Assembly (NCBI GenBank): GCA_943359325.1
Contig: CALRHD010000002.1
Location: 4,629-68,628 of the forward strand
Source of the DNA: Candidatus Uhrbacteria bacterium
GTDB lineage: Bacteria; Patescibacteriota; Patescibacteriia; UBA9934
Direction: 5' to 3'
DNA: 64,000 bases
The notes under the pieces are model-generated. The model had not been told where the DNA came from. It made no database searches and was given only the letters and a program-made list of their open reading frames with translations. Each line of letters opens with the position of its first letter. Position 1 is the first letter of the stretch. The position numbers and the translations under genes are program-made. This document shows, piece by piece, positions 1 through 8,496 of this stretch.

Positions 1-144
1 TTAAACCACTCGGCCACCCTTCCGTGCGAACAAAGACTAGCGGAAAAATCATTTTTCGTAAAGTTGTCGTCTGCAGATCGGTGCGCTATTTTTCGGCAGT
101 TGCGCTGGACGAATTGTGTGCGGCGATGTAGGATAGGTAATCTT

Positions 145-2217
145 ATGTCGGGTATTTTGCAGGAAATAAAAACCGTGAAGGGCGTGGGGGCATTGAAGGC
201 GCGGGATTTTTCGCGATTGGGTTTGGAGACGTTGTACGATGTGTTGTATGACTTTCCGTTTCGTTACGACGACCTCTCGAATATTTTGCATATTGTGGAA
301 GTGCGATCGGGACAGAAAATTACTGTGCAAGGAAGAATTGCCGCGATTGAAAACAGGAAGAGTCATGCGTCTCGACGGATGATGATTACTGAGGCAGTTG
401 TTGAGGACGGCACGGGGACGATAAAGGCAACATGGTTTCACCAGGGTTTTCTTACAAAACTGTTGCGTCCCGGCGTTATTGTGTCGCTGGCAGGGAAGGT
501 CGACGACAAATATGGGCTTGCTCTCGTGAATCCTGCGTATGAAGTGATCGGCAATGCGCGATCGACAACACACACGGGGCGCATTGTGCCGATTTATCGT
601 TTGGCGGGTGCGTTGACGCAAAAAGTTCGTCGTATTGTTGCCGAGCGTGCGGTGAGTCTTGTTGGTGACATTGCAGAATGGATGCCAAGCGACATCGTGA
701 AAGACGCGCAACTCATTCCGCTTGCGGCAGCGCTTCGTGAAATGCATTTTCCAGAGACGACGACCGCAAAAGAGAAGGCGATTCATCGTCTGAAGTTTGA
801 TGAATTCTTTTTGCATCAATTGCTCCATGCAAAGTCTCGTCGTGAATTGCAATGTCAACGAGCACCAAAAATTACGTTCAACGAGAAGATTGTGAAGGAC
901 GCTGTTGCGTCGTTGCCATTTGTGTTGACCGACGCGCAGAAGAAATCTGCGTGGGCAATTATGAAAGACATGCAGCGTACGGAGCCCATGAACCGTTTGC
1001 TCGAGGGTGACGTGGGGAGTGGAAAAACGGCCGTCGCAGCGCTTGTTGCAGTGAATGCAGCGTCTCAAGGTTGGCAGACGGCAATGCTGGCGCCAACGGA
1101 AATTCTTGCAGAGCAGCACGCAATGACGCTTGAACGACTGTTTGGAAAAACGCTCCGTATTGCGCTCTACACACGAACGAAGCGCCGTGTGAACGGGAGG
1201 GAAGTGACGAAGGAGCAACTGCTTGAGGGTTTGCGAAACGGGAAAGTTGATCTTGCGATTGGAACGCATGCGTTGCTCACCGAGCAAGTACTTTTTGATC
1301 GCCTTGGTTTGATTGTCGTCGACGAGCAGCATCGTTTTGGTGTGCGGCAACGACAGGCCTTAAAAGACAAACAGGGCGACGCCGACGGCATTCCGCACTT
1401 GCTCTCTATGACCGCGACGCCGATTCCGCGTTCGTTGGCGCTGGTGTTATATGGAGATCTCGATCGCTCATTGCTCGACGAATATCCTGCGGGGCGTAAA
1501 CCTATTGCGACGTCGATTGTCGACGTCGGTCGAGAGGGTGAAGCGTACGGCGTCATGAAAAAAGAAATGGACGCAGGGCGGCAAGTATTCGTGGTGTGTC
1601 CGCTTATTGAAGAGTCGGACGCGCTTGGTGTGCAGTCGGTGAATGAAGTATATGCATATTTTGCGGAAGGGCCGTTTAAGGAATATAAAATCGCAATGCT
1701 GCACGGAAAGTTAAAGACGAAAGAAAAGGATGACGTGATGCGTGCATTTGCGCGTGGCGAATTTGACATGCTTATCGCGACGACGGTGGTGGAGGTGGGA
1801 ATAGATGTGCAGAACGCGACGGTGATGTATGTGGAGGGGGCGGAGCGGTTTGGGTTGGCGCAATTGCATCAGCTGCGTGGTCGTGTAGGGCGCGGCGAAC
1901 ATGCGAGTGTGTGCTTTTTGCATCCGAGTGCAATGTTGTCGTTGACGGCACGGGAGCGCTTGCTTGCGTTAGTGGAAAGTCAAAATGGATTTGAACTTGC
2001 AGAGGCCGACTTGCGTTTGCGTGGGCCGGGGGATGTATTTGGGACGCGTCAAAGTGGGTTTGAGCAGTTCAAACTCGGCACCTACGCCGACATCGACGTG
2101 ATTAGCATGGCAAAGGATTACGCAAAAACCATGCTTGACGACGACCCCGACCTCGCCCGTCACCCGCTTCTGCGCGACCGTATGCTCGCCTATGCGCAGG
2201 AGGTGCATTTTGAGTAA
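145..2217 (+). CDS. recG: ATP-dependent DNA helicase RecG
   Basis: Track ORF 64..2217, with the start moved to the Met of MSGILQEIKTVKGVG. It has a wedge-domain N-terminus, the Walker A motif GDVGSGKTAVA and a DEQHRFG motif II. The C-terminal helicase motifs HQLRGRVGRG are present. Confidence 0.9.
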   Translation: MSGILQEIKTVKGVGALKARDFSRLGLETLYDVLYDFPFRYDDLSNILHIVEVRSGQKITVQGRIAAIENRKSHASRRMMITEAVVEDGTGTIKATWFHQGFLTKLLRPGVIVSLAGKVDDKYGLALVNPAYEVIGNARSTTHTGRIVPIYRLAGALTQKVRRIVAERAVSLVGDIAEWMPSDIVKDAQLIPLAAALREMHFPETTTAKEKAIHRLKFDEFFLHQLLHAKSRRELQCQRAPKITFNEKIVKDAVASLPFVLTDAQKKSAWAIMKDMQRTEPMNRLLEGDVGSGKTAVAALVAVNAASQGWQTAMLAPTEILAEQHAMTLERLFGKTLRIALYTRTKRRVNGREVTKEQLLEGLRNGKVDLAIGTHALLTEQVLFDRLGLIVVDEQHRFGVRQRQALKDKQGDADGIPHLLSMTATPIPRSLALVLYGDLDRSLLDEYPAGRKPIATSIVDVGREGEAYGVMKKEMDAGRQVFVVCPLIEESDALGVQSVNEVYAYFAEGPFKEYKIAMLHGKLKTKEKDDVMRAFARGEFDMLIATTVVEVGIDVQNATVMYVEGAERFGLAQLHQLRGRVGRGEHASVCFLHPSAMLSLTARERLLALVESQNGFELAEADLRLRGPGDVFGTRQSGFEQFKLGTYADIDVISMAKDYAKTMLDDDPDLARHPLLRDRMLAYAQEVHFE

Positions 2218-2220
2218 TTC

Positions 2221-2256
2221 GTGATGAGCCTTGTCCACGACTCAGTTGCGGACACC
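2221..2256 (+). repeat. REP-like palindromic element copy 1. It has the flank GTGATGAGCCTTG plus the hairpin GTCCACGAC-TCA-GTTGCGGAC, and the stop codon of the RAYT gene lies inside it.
   Basis: I read this directly. The same core of about 21 nt recurs at 3000, 4336, 17401, 33636, 42864 and 63902. It sits between the convergent recG and RAYT genes. Confidence 0.8.
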
Positions 2257-2880
2257 GCTCCATTCTCGCATAAACTTTTGGTAATCACTTTTTCCTTGAA
2301 ACAGATTACTGAGAATATCCATGCTGACGATAGGATCGTGTACCAGCATCAGATAGTGACTGTAGCTTGACCATGGATATGATGTGAGAAGTGCATTTGC
2401 GACATCCCAGTTTTCTATACCGCGAATCTTCCAGTCGGGGAGAAAGAGCTTGAGTGGATTGAAGTGGATATATCGCGAAATGTGTAGAAGCTGTGCGTCG
2501 CTTTTTATTGGCACAGCCTTATATTCACTTTCCCATAGCCGTCCCGTTCGCTCATTTTGACGATTAAAGTATTGAGCAAAACCAACACCCAACTTCTGCA
2601 TAAAGCGTGATACCCCATTGTCTGATACTTGTTTTAGGAGAAAATGGTAATGATTTGGCATGATCGCGTAACTCATAATTTTCACTAAAGGATTCTTGCT
2701 CGGTGATGGGCGGTGCTGGAGTCTGTGGAGAACGATTCTCCTGTCGCCCGTATCATTGAAGGCGAGCATACTGCGAATGAATCGTTCGCGATCGTTGTCG
2801 TTGCCATACGTCGATCGACGATCAACGCCGCGATTATATACATGATAGTAACCATCATTGACGATTTGTTCCTTGCGCAT
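2242..2880 (-). CDS. IS200/IS605-family HUH Y1 transposase, probably a REP-associated tyrosine transposase (RAYT, TnpA_REP)
   Basis: N-terminal GYYHVYNRG is followed by the HUH motif MPNHYHFLL and a C-terminal RLWESEY...YIHFNPLK with the catalytic Tyr region. There is no tnpB partner. It is flanked on both sides by REP-like hairpins. The start is taken at the Met of MRKEQIV, although the track ORF extends to 2985. Confidence 0.75.
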   Translation of the reverse strand: MRKEQIVNDGYYHVYNRGVDRRSTYGNDNDRERFIRSMLAFNDTGDRRIVLHRLQHRPSPSKNPLVKIMSYAIMPNHYHFLLKQVSDNGVSRFMQKLGVGFAQYFNRQNERTGRLWESEYKAVPIKSDAQLLHISRYIHFNPLKLFLPDWKIRGIENWDVANALLTSYPWSSYSHYLMLVHDPIVSMDILSNLFQGKSDYQKFMREWSGVRN

Positions 2881-2987
2881 AAAAAAGATGTTAAACAGTA
2901 AATAAAAATCTCCCAATGCGCTCATCATAATAGATGAACGTAGGGAGTACGTATTCATTTTCCTGCGAAGCACGACGGACGTCAAGT

Positions 2988-3022
2988 GTGGATAAGTTTG
3001 TCCACGACTCAGTTGCGGACAT
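2988..3022 (+). repeat. REP-like palindromic element copy 2 (GTGGATAAGTTTG-GTCCACGACTCAGTTGCGGAC-AT)
   Basis: Read directly. It lies between the RAYT start and the radA stop, in the same orientation as copy 1. Confidence 0.85.
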
Positions 3023-4299
3023 TACTTCAATAACTGATCGATTGTCTTGATCGTTTTTGGCGTAATGGCGTTTTTGAGTCCGAGGCGTTCGGCCTCTTTG
3101 AGGCGGCGTTCGAGGTGGGGAACGGTGCGTACTTCGCCGCCGAGGCCGAGTTCGCCAAAAATAACCGTGTCGTCAGGGATTATTTTGTTTGACATTGCCG
3201 ACATGATCGCTGCGGCAACTGCAAGGTCAGCCGCCTTTTCTTTGACCTGCATGCCACCGACGACGTTGAGGTAGACATCTTGATCACCAACTTTGACGCC
3301 CGCACGTTTATTCACAATCGCGAGGAGCATTTGTAGCCGACTCGCGTCGTAGCCAGACGTGCGGCGCACAGGGTTTGGGAAAAGGCTGCGATCGATGAGT
3401 GCTTGAATTTCGACGAGAAACGGGCGTGAACCTTCCATGATGCAGGTGACAACAGACCCAGGGCAGGGGATGCGTTCGGCGAGAAATCGTGCTGAGGGAT
3501 TTTCTACTGTTACCATGCCATGTTCGGTCATTTCGAATACACCGACGTCGTCCGTTGCACCAAAACGATTTTTGCTACAGCGCAAAATGCGGTACGCCGT
3601 GTCGGCATCGCCTTCGAGTGTGAGAAGTGTGTCAACGAGGTGCTCGAGCGTTTTTGGCCCTGCGATTGACCCCTCTTTTGTGACTTGTCCGATGATGAGC
3701 ACGGGCACATTCGCAGTTTTTGCGTAGCTGATGAGTTCGCTCGTTGCCGCACGGACCGCTGTCGGCGTCCCCGGAAATGCATCGGCGTCCTCGACCATCA
3801 TTGTTTGTATAGAGTCAACAATGAGAATGCTCGGTGACATGGTTTTCGCTGCGGCAATAATACTGCCGATTTCGACGGCTCCCGAAAACACAATTGATTG
3901 CATACCAATACCGAGGCGTTCAAATCGCATACGCACTTGCCCCTCGCTTTCTTCGCCAGAGACGTAGTATGAAGGCGTCGACGACGACATTGCCACAGCA
4001 ATCTGCGCGACGAGCGTCGACTTTCCAATACCTGGTTCGCCTGCCAACAAAACAACAGCACCTGGAACAATGCCGCCACCGAGCACGCGGTCGAGTTCAG
4101 CAATATCTGTGGGGCGGTGAGTAATTTTGGTGAAGTTGGTGTTGTCGAGCGCGATCATCGCTGCGGGTGCAGCTTTTGCAGATGAAGTTTGGCGACCCGG
4201 CGTCGTACCACCTTCTGCAATAGTTCCCCAATTTCCGCATTCGGTGCAACGCCCCTGCCATTTGTTAAATTGACTGTCGCACTTGGTACAAGAAAACAT
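3022..4299 (-). CDS. radA: DNA repair protein RadA/Sms
   Basis: N-terminal C4 zinc finger (CTKC...CTEC) is followed by the Walker A motif GEPGIGKST and the KNRFG motif. The C-terminus is a Lon-protease-like domain. Confidence 0.9.
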   Translation of the reverse strand: MFSCTKCDSQFNKWQGRCTECGNWGTIAEGGTTPGRQTSSAKAAPAAMIALDNTNFTKITHRPTDIAELDRVLGGGIVPGAVVLLAGEPGIGKSTLVAQIAVAMSSSTPSYYVSGEESEGQVRMRFERLGIGMQSIVFSGAVEIGSIIAAAKTMSPSILIVDSIQTMMVEDADAFPGTPTAVRAATSELISYAKTANVPVLIIGQVTKEGSIAGPKTLEHLVDTLLTLEGDADTAYRILRCSKNRFGATDDVGVFEMTEHGMVTVENPSARFLAERIPCPGSVVTCIMEGSRPFLVEIQALIDRSLFPNPVRRTSGYDASRLQMLLAIVNKRAGVKVGDQDVYLNVVGGMQVKEKAADLAVAAAIMSAMSNKIIPDDTVIFGELGLGGEVRTVPHLERRLKEAERLGLKNAITPKTIKTIDQLLK

Positions 4300-4320
4300 A
4301 TTTTACGCCCCCTTCACACT

Positions 4321-4356
4321 GTGGATAACTATGTCCTCGACTCAGTTGAGGACACT
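4321..4356 (+). repeat. REP-like element copy 3. It is a variant, GTCCTCGAC-TCA-GTTGAGGAC, in which both stem arms have changed in a compensatory way.
   Basis: Read directly. The flank GTGGATAACTATG is conserved and the stem carries an A>T change paired with a C>A change. It lies between the radA start and the stop of ORF 4355..5812. Confidence 0.8.
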
Positions 4357-5812
4357 ACCGGCACATCGTTGTTGGTCTGACGCTTTCGCTGATGGGCGTG
4401 ACGCAGCAGTGGTTTTTCGCGTCCCATGTTTTGCAGAGCGCCGTCGAGTACACGGTACCGTTTGCGCCGCCAATGCGATAGCTCGAGTCGCCAAACGCCG
4501 TGTTGCACGACGACGACCCTTGCCCTGCGAGTTCAAAGTGCCACGGCTCGTTCGGAATGCGGCAAAACCCATTCGCGAACAGTGTTTGCGTCATGAGGTT
4601 TTGTAGCGTGACGTCGAATTGAAATCCTGTACCCGACCCCTCTGCCCATAAATCGGCAGCGACGTTGTTCGTATGTGTGCAATTGCGTCCGTCGCCATGG
4701 GCAACGAGCCCCGCGATAACTTCGGATTTGCTTATTCCAGAGTACGCATCGGTGAGCGTCCATTTTCCGCTCACTTTGCTTATCACTGTTTTGTCGCTTC
4801 CGTCGACATTACACGTATCAGGACTGCAGTAGCCATTTTTTGCGACACAATTCTCGTAGAAGAGCGTTGCTTGTTTTTGGATGCTACGACTTCCTGACGT
4901 TACACGAATGTTTTTCGCATTTCCAGGATTCAATGCATTACTCGCGGTGTAAAATTTTCCTGCTGCGGCCGTCAATTTCGTGAGGACATCTTTACCGATA
5001 TACGTGTCCCCTGATTTCACACTAACAATGAGATGAGTGCCCCCCCCTCCTACAAGTTGCGTGACATCGTCGCCTTGCACGATAGCAATCGCAGGCATGT
5101 AGTCTGCGAAGTCTTCGAAATCGGCAGTCGCGACGTATTCGATGGTTTTTATTTTGAGAGTTGCGAATTTTACGGTGTGCGGGTCGATGAGAAACGCAAT
5201 AGTATACGCCGACATGAGGAGGACCATGCCCGTTACTGCGTTCACCATACGGGTTTTTGCTTGCTTTACGGCGTCCGCATGACCGCGCGAAAGAATGTAT
5301 TGGAATCCACCGACCATGAGCATGATAATGGCGACGAGTGCCATGGCGACCATGAGAAACCTGTAGAGCGCATCGACATACGATGCGAGGTAGTTTATGT
5401 TCAGATTGCCGTCGGCGTCGTAGGTAAGACCGTTTGAAAAGTCGAGTCCAGGAATGGCGACGTTGAGATTGGGAATAATCGGATTGCGCTTTTCGCCACC
5501 CTCGGTGTTGTCTTCTGTTTCTGCTACTGCCTCTTGACTTGTGATTGTACCCGCACCAACAGGTGCGTCATTCCCTTCGTTGTCCGTGCAGATGAGCGAC
5601 CAGTTGACATTGCCTTTTGTTGCATATGGCGTGCACGCAGTGATGCAGCTCGACATGAGGTTGTTCGCATTTTCTTCGACGGTTCCTTCACCATTCGACA
5701 GGTCTTGATAGACACACGAACAGGTGTATGAATCCTGCATGCAATAAACCGCCGACGCATGCAGCGGTGCGAAAATGAGCAGTGCGGTGATGACGATGAG
5801 AATGCGTTTCAT
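4355..5812 (-). CDS. Secreted, membrane-anchored Cys-rich protein with a C-terminal LAS/M15-type peptidase (VanY-like D,D-carboxypeptidase) domain
   Basis: It has a signal peptide and many Cys residues. A central hairpin of two hydrophobic helices around a charged loop (FLMVAMALVAIIMLMVGGF...RGHADAVKQAKTR...AVTGMVLLMSAYTIAF) resembles TrbC/VirB2-type pilins. The C-terminal NEPWHFEL resembles the EPWH(Y)RYVG motif of M15B peptidases. Its start overlaps dsbA by 4 nt (ATGA). Confidence 0.5.
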   Translation of the reverse strand: MKRILIVITALLIFAPLHASAVYCMQDSYTCSCVYQDLSNGEGTVEENANNLMSSCITACTPYATKGNVNWSLICTDNEGNDAPVGAGTITSQEAVAETEDNTEGGEKRNPIIPNLNVAIPGLDFSNGLTYDADGNLNINYLASYVDALYRFLMVAMALVAIIMLMVGGFQYILSRGHADAVKQAKTRMVNAVTGMVLLMSAYTIAFLIDPHTVKFATLKIKTIEYVATADFEDFADYMPAIAIVQGDDVTQLVGGGGTHLIVSVKSGDTYIGKDVLTKLTAAAGKFYTASNALNPGNAKNIRVTSGSRSIQKQATLFYENCVAKNGYCSPDTCNVDGSDKTVISKVSGKWTLTDAYSGISKSEVIAGLVAHGDGRNCTHTNNVAADLWAEGSGTGFQFDVTLQNLMTQTLFANGFCRIPNEPWHFELAGQGSSSCNTAFGDSSYRIGGANGTVYSTALCKTWDAKNHCCVTPISESVRPTTMCR

Positions 5813-6456
5813 GGTGTGTGGGCTAGCGCGGAGCGAATTGCTCCTTCGATTTCCGATGCACTTACGGCGCCCGTGAAGCGCTCGTTGTTTATGAATATCG
5901 TTGGTGTTGCGGTTATTTGGAGTGTGATGCCTTCGTCGTAGCTTTTTTCAATGAGTGGGAGCGTTTCTTGTTTTTCGGTGCAACGGTTAAACGTGCGTTC
6001 GTTGAGCTTCAGCGATTGCGCGATGGACGTGTAGAGTTCACTCCCAAGTGACGCTTGGTTTGCAAAGAGGTACGAGTGGTACGGGAAAAATGCGTCTTGT
6101 TTTCCTGCGCAGCGCGCGGCTATTGCGGCGTTGAGTGCTTCAGGATGCACCGATGTGTTCGGCATGTCTTTCCACACTAATCGGATTTGATTTGGGAATT
6201 TTGCAATGACGTCGACAAGTGTATTTTCGACGTCTGCACAGGTGCCACATGAATAGTCGCCGAAGCTCACGATGGTGACAGGTGCATCGGCGGCGCCTAC
6301 ACTCGGGTCGGCAATGGTGACGGTTGGCGTGGTGATGAGTGTTGTGCTATCGGTAAATGTCACATGGTCGCCACTACCGAGCGAGAATATGAAGAATACA
6401 AAAATGATTGTGGCGACGAACACGATGGCGATAATTGCGTGCCAAAAATAGCGCAT
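5809..6456 (-). CDS. Membrane-anchored DsbA-like thiol:disulfide oxidoreductase of the thioredoxin fold
   Basis: It has an N-terminal transmembrane helix and a C-x-x-C active site (SCGTCADVEN). The size and layout fit the DsbA/BdbD family. It is translationally coupled to the Cys-rich secreted protein downstream. Confidence 0.55.
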   Translation of the reverse strand: MRYFWHAIIAIVFVATIIFVFFIFSLGSGDHVTFTDSTTLITTPTVTIADPSVGAADAPVTIVSFGDYSCGTCADVENTLVDVIAKFPNQIRLVWKDMPNTSVHPEALNAAIAARCAGKQDAFFPYHSYLFANQASLGSELYTSIAQSLKLNERTFNRCTEKQETLPLIEKSYDEGITLQITATPTIFINNERFTGAVSASEIEGAIRSALAHTP

Positions 6457-6460
6457 AGTG

Positions 6461-7693
6461 TTAGTGAAGTTTCATGGATAATAGTCGTCCTGACGCGTCC
6501 TGGAAATAGAGTGTATTGCCGTTTTCGCTGACAGTGAGGTTGAACATTGCAGTTTCGGCAGCCGCGTATCCGAGTGGCGTTGCTTTGCCGGATGGAAGGT
6601 CGATTTGGTAGAGCGTGTCGGGTGATGTCACTAAACTATGATTGTCGCCAGAGCCATCTGCCACTATTCGTGGCACAGCGCAATAGATCGTTGACGCCGA
6701 TGCGAACGTGCATTTCTCGACCCATGTTTCAGGGCCGAGGTGTAAGCGAATGCCACCGTGACGGTCGCCGCGGCTATCGGTGTACCAAAGCGATGGACGG
6801 TAATTGTTGCTTGCGTCGGAAACCGAGTACAAAATATTTGTGCCGTCGGGCGACCAGATCGCGCTGAAATTTGCACCAACAACGGTGACGCTTCCGACTG
6901 CATCGCCTGTTTGTCCGATGAGGTAGAGTTGGTTTTGGTCGAACGACTGCGTGTAGCCTGTCGCCGAGAATGCAACGACGTTGCCTGATGGAGAAAGATT
7001 GACGTCGACCTTGTCGTCGTTCTCGCCGAGCGCCGCGATGACGTCAGTGTGTGAACCGTCGGTCGCGGTTATGACGAGCGAGCGGTTCGACGCGTCGTTC
7101 CCAATGCTCTTTGTTGCGATCTCGCTGCCATCCTCGCTAAATGAAAAGTCTTCCCAGTGCGACGGGAGCGTCGTTTGCTTTGCCGATATGAAGTCGTACA
7201 CAACATTGCTCCCGTCTGGGAATTCTATAACCGCGGCAGTCGCGTTGTTTGCGATGGTCACGTTCTCGGCGTTCGGAAAACGCGCCTGCGACAACAGCGT
7301 GACGTCGCCATGACTGTTGATTGTGTAAAAATGACCATCGGCAGGGTCGTAATAGGCCAATGTGCCGTCGCGCGTCATTGTGGGACTCACAATTTCTGTA
7401 TTCGTAAGGAGTAGTGTCGCCGTTGCGGCTCCGCCTTCTGCAATTTGCGAAATGGGGAGTGCACCTGTGCCCGTTGTTCCATCTGCCGACGTTGGTGTTT
7501 CGCCTGTCCCTCCCGTTGCGTCGCCTGAACCCGTGAGGTTGCTCGCGGTTTCTTGCTCTTCGGGTGTCGTGGTGACGCTTGGCGCTTTGCGTAAAAATGC
7601 GAAGTAGAGCGCGATGCCAATAAGCACAGCGACACAGAGAAACAATGCAAGGCGGAAGAGTATTTTTATACGGTCAGACATAGATTCAATCAT
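6461..7693 (-). CDS. Membrane-anchored beta-propeller (TolB/PD40-like repeat) protein
   Basis: An N-terminal transmembrane helix is followed by a low-complexity Thr/Gly linker. Repeated WSPDG/SPSG beta-strand motifs are typical of PD40-type propellers. Confidence 0.45.
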   Translation of the reverse strand: MIESMSDRIKILFRLALFLCVAVLIGIALYFAFLRKAPSVTTTPEEQETASNLTGSGDATGGTGETPTSADGTTGTGALPISQIAEGGAATATLLLTNTEIVSPTMTRDGTLAYYDPADGHFYTINSHGDVTLLSQARFPNAENVTIANNATAAVIEFPDGSNVVYDFISAKQTTLPSHWEDFSFSEDGSEIATKSIGNDASNRSLVITATDGSHTDVIAALGENDDKVDVNLSPSGNVVAFSATGYTQSFDQNQLYLIGQTGDAVGSVTVVGANFSAIWSPDGTNILYSVSDASNNYRPSLWYTDSRGDRHGGIRLHLGPETWVEKCTFASASTIYCAVPRIVADGSGDNHSLVTSPDTLYQIDLPSGKATPLGYAAAETAMFNLTVSENGNTLYFQDASGRLLSMKLH

Positions 7694-7702
7694 TGCTCTT
7701 GG

Positions 7703-8452
7703 CTATCTGCCAAATGTGATTTCTGCCCATGCCCGAATGCCAAGCATGGGATTTGTGACAATTTCATAGCCGATAACGATGAACATGACGAATACGCCGA
7801 GGATAAAAAACACCCAGAAATACAAGAAAACGGCGTCGACGAGTTGACCCCAGCCGTGCATGCTTCGAAGATCGAATTTTTGCGGCAACATTCTGCCAAG
7901 CGTGCCGCCGTTGATTTTTTCATTGAACGCGGGGAATATCGTTAACAGTAATTGATACATGCTGCCGAGCCAGCCGAATGCGAGCATGACGCCGCCGTCT
8001 GCGGGCAGCATATCAATCGTACCGCTCCCCTGAAACACGGAACCCCACACGGCTTCGTTTGCGAATTGCTCACCTTCGCTTCGTTCGCTCGCTCCTGTGA
8101 CGGTGACGCTACTACGTCCCGCTACTCGTCTGTTTGCAGGCATCTGAAGTTCATAGCTCGCTTCGTTATCTTCTGACGACCTTGCAGGAAATTCGGGAAG
8201 CCGTTGTCGTGTTGCCGACGCGATGCGTGCACGTTGTTGCGCTGCGGCGAATCGGTTTCCTTGCGGCAGCGTTGCTTCCGCGATCATAAATTTTTGATTG
8301 TTCGCGGGGTACTCTTGATTGTTCGCAGACGCGGGGGCTTCACTAGTTTCTGACAATCGCGCTCTTTGGAGCACCACGCGATTACGCAAAAATTCCCCCC
8401 GTGCAATAGCAGGATCGAACGCGGGGAGTCCTCGTGTTGCGGCCAAAGCCAT
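7703..8452 (-). CDS. Hypothetical membrane protein with transmembrane helices in the C-terminal 100 aa
   Basis: The ORF sits in the same operon. The C-terminus has two or three hydrophobic helices, while the N-terminal half is low complexity, so the true start may be internal. Confidence 0.3.
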   Translation of the reverse strand: MALAATRGLPAFDPAIARGEFLRNRVVLQRARLSETSEAPASANNQEYPANNQKFMIAEATLPQGNRFAAAQQRARIASATRQRLPEFPARSSEDNEASYELQMPANRRVAGRSSVTVTGASERSEGEQFANEAVWGSVFQGSGTIDMLPADGGVMLAFGWLGSMYQLLLTIFPAFNEKINGGTLGRMLPQKFDLRSMHGWGQLVDAVFLYFWVFFILGVFVMFIVIGYEIVTNPMLGIRAWAEITFGR

Positions 8453-8472
8453 ATCGCGTTTCAGTATATCAC

Positions 8473-8496
8473 AAAACGCCCTGCTCAGGCGTTTTG
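8473..8496 (-). terminator. Hairpin AAACGCC-CTGCTCA-GGCGTTT that overlaps the clpC stop and is a possible bidirectional terminator
   Basis: Read directly: a 7-bp stem with T-rich sequence on both sides. Confidence 0.35.
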
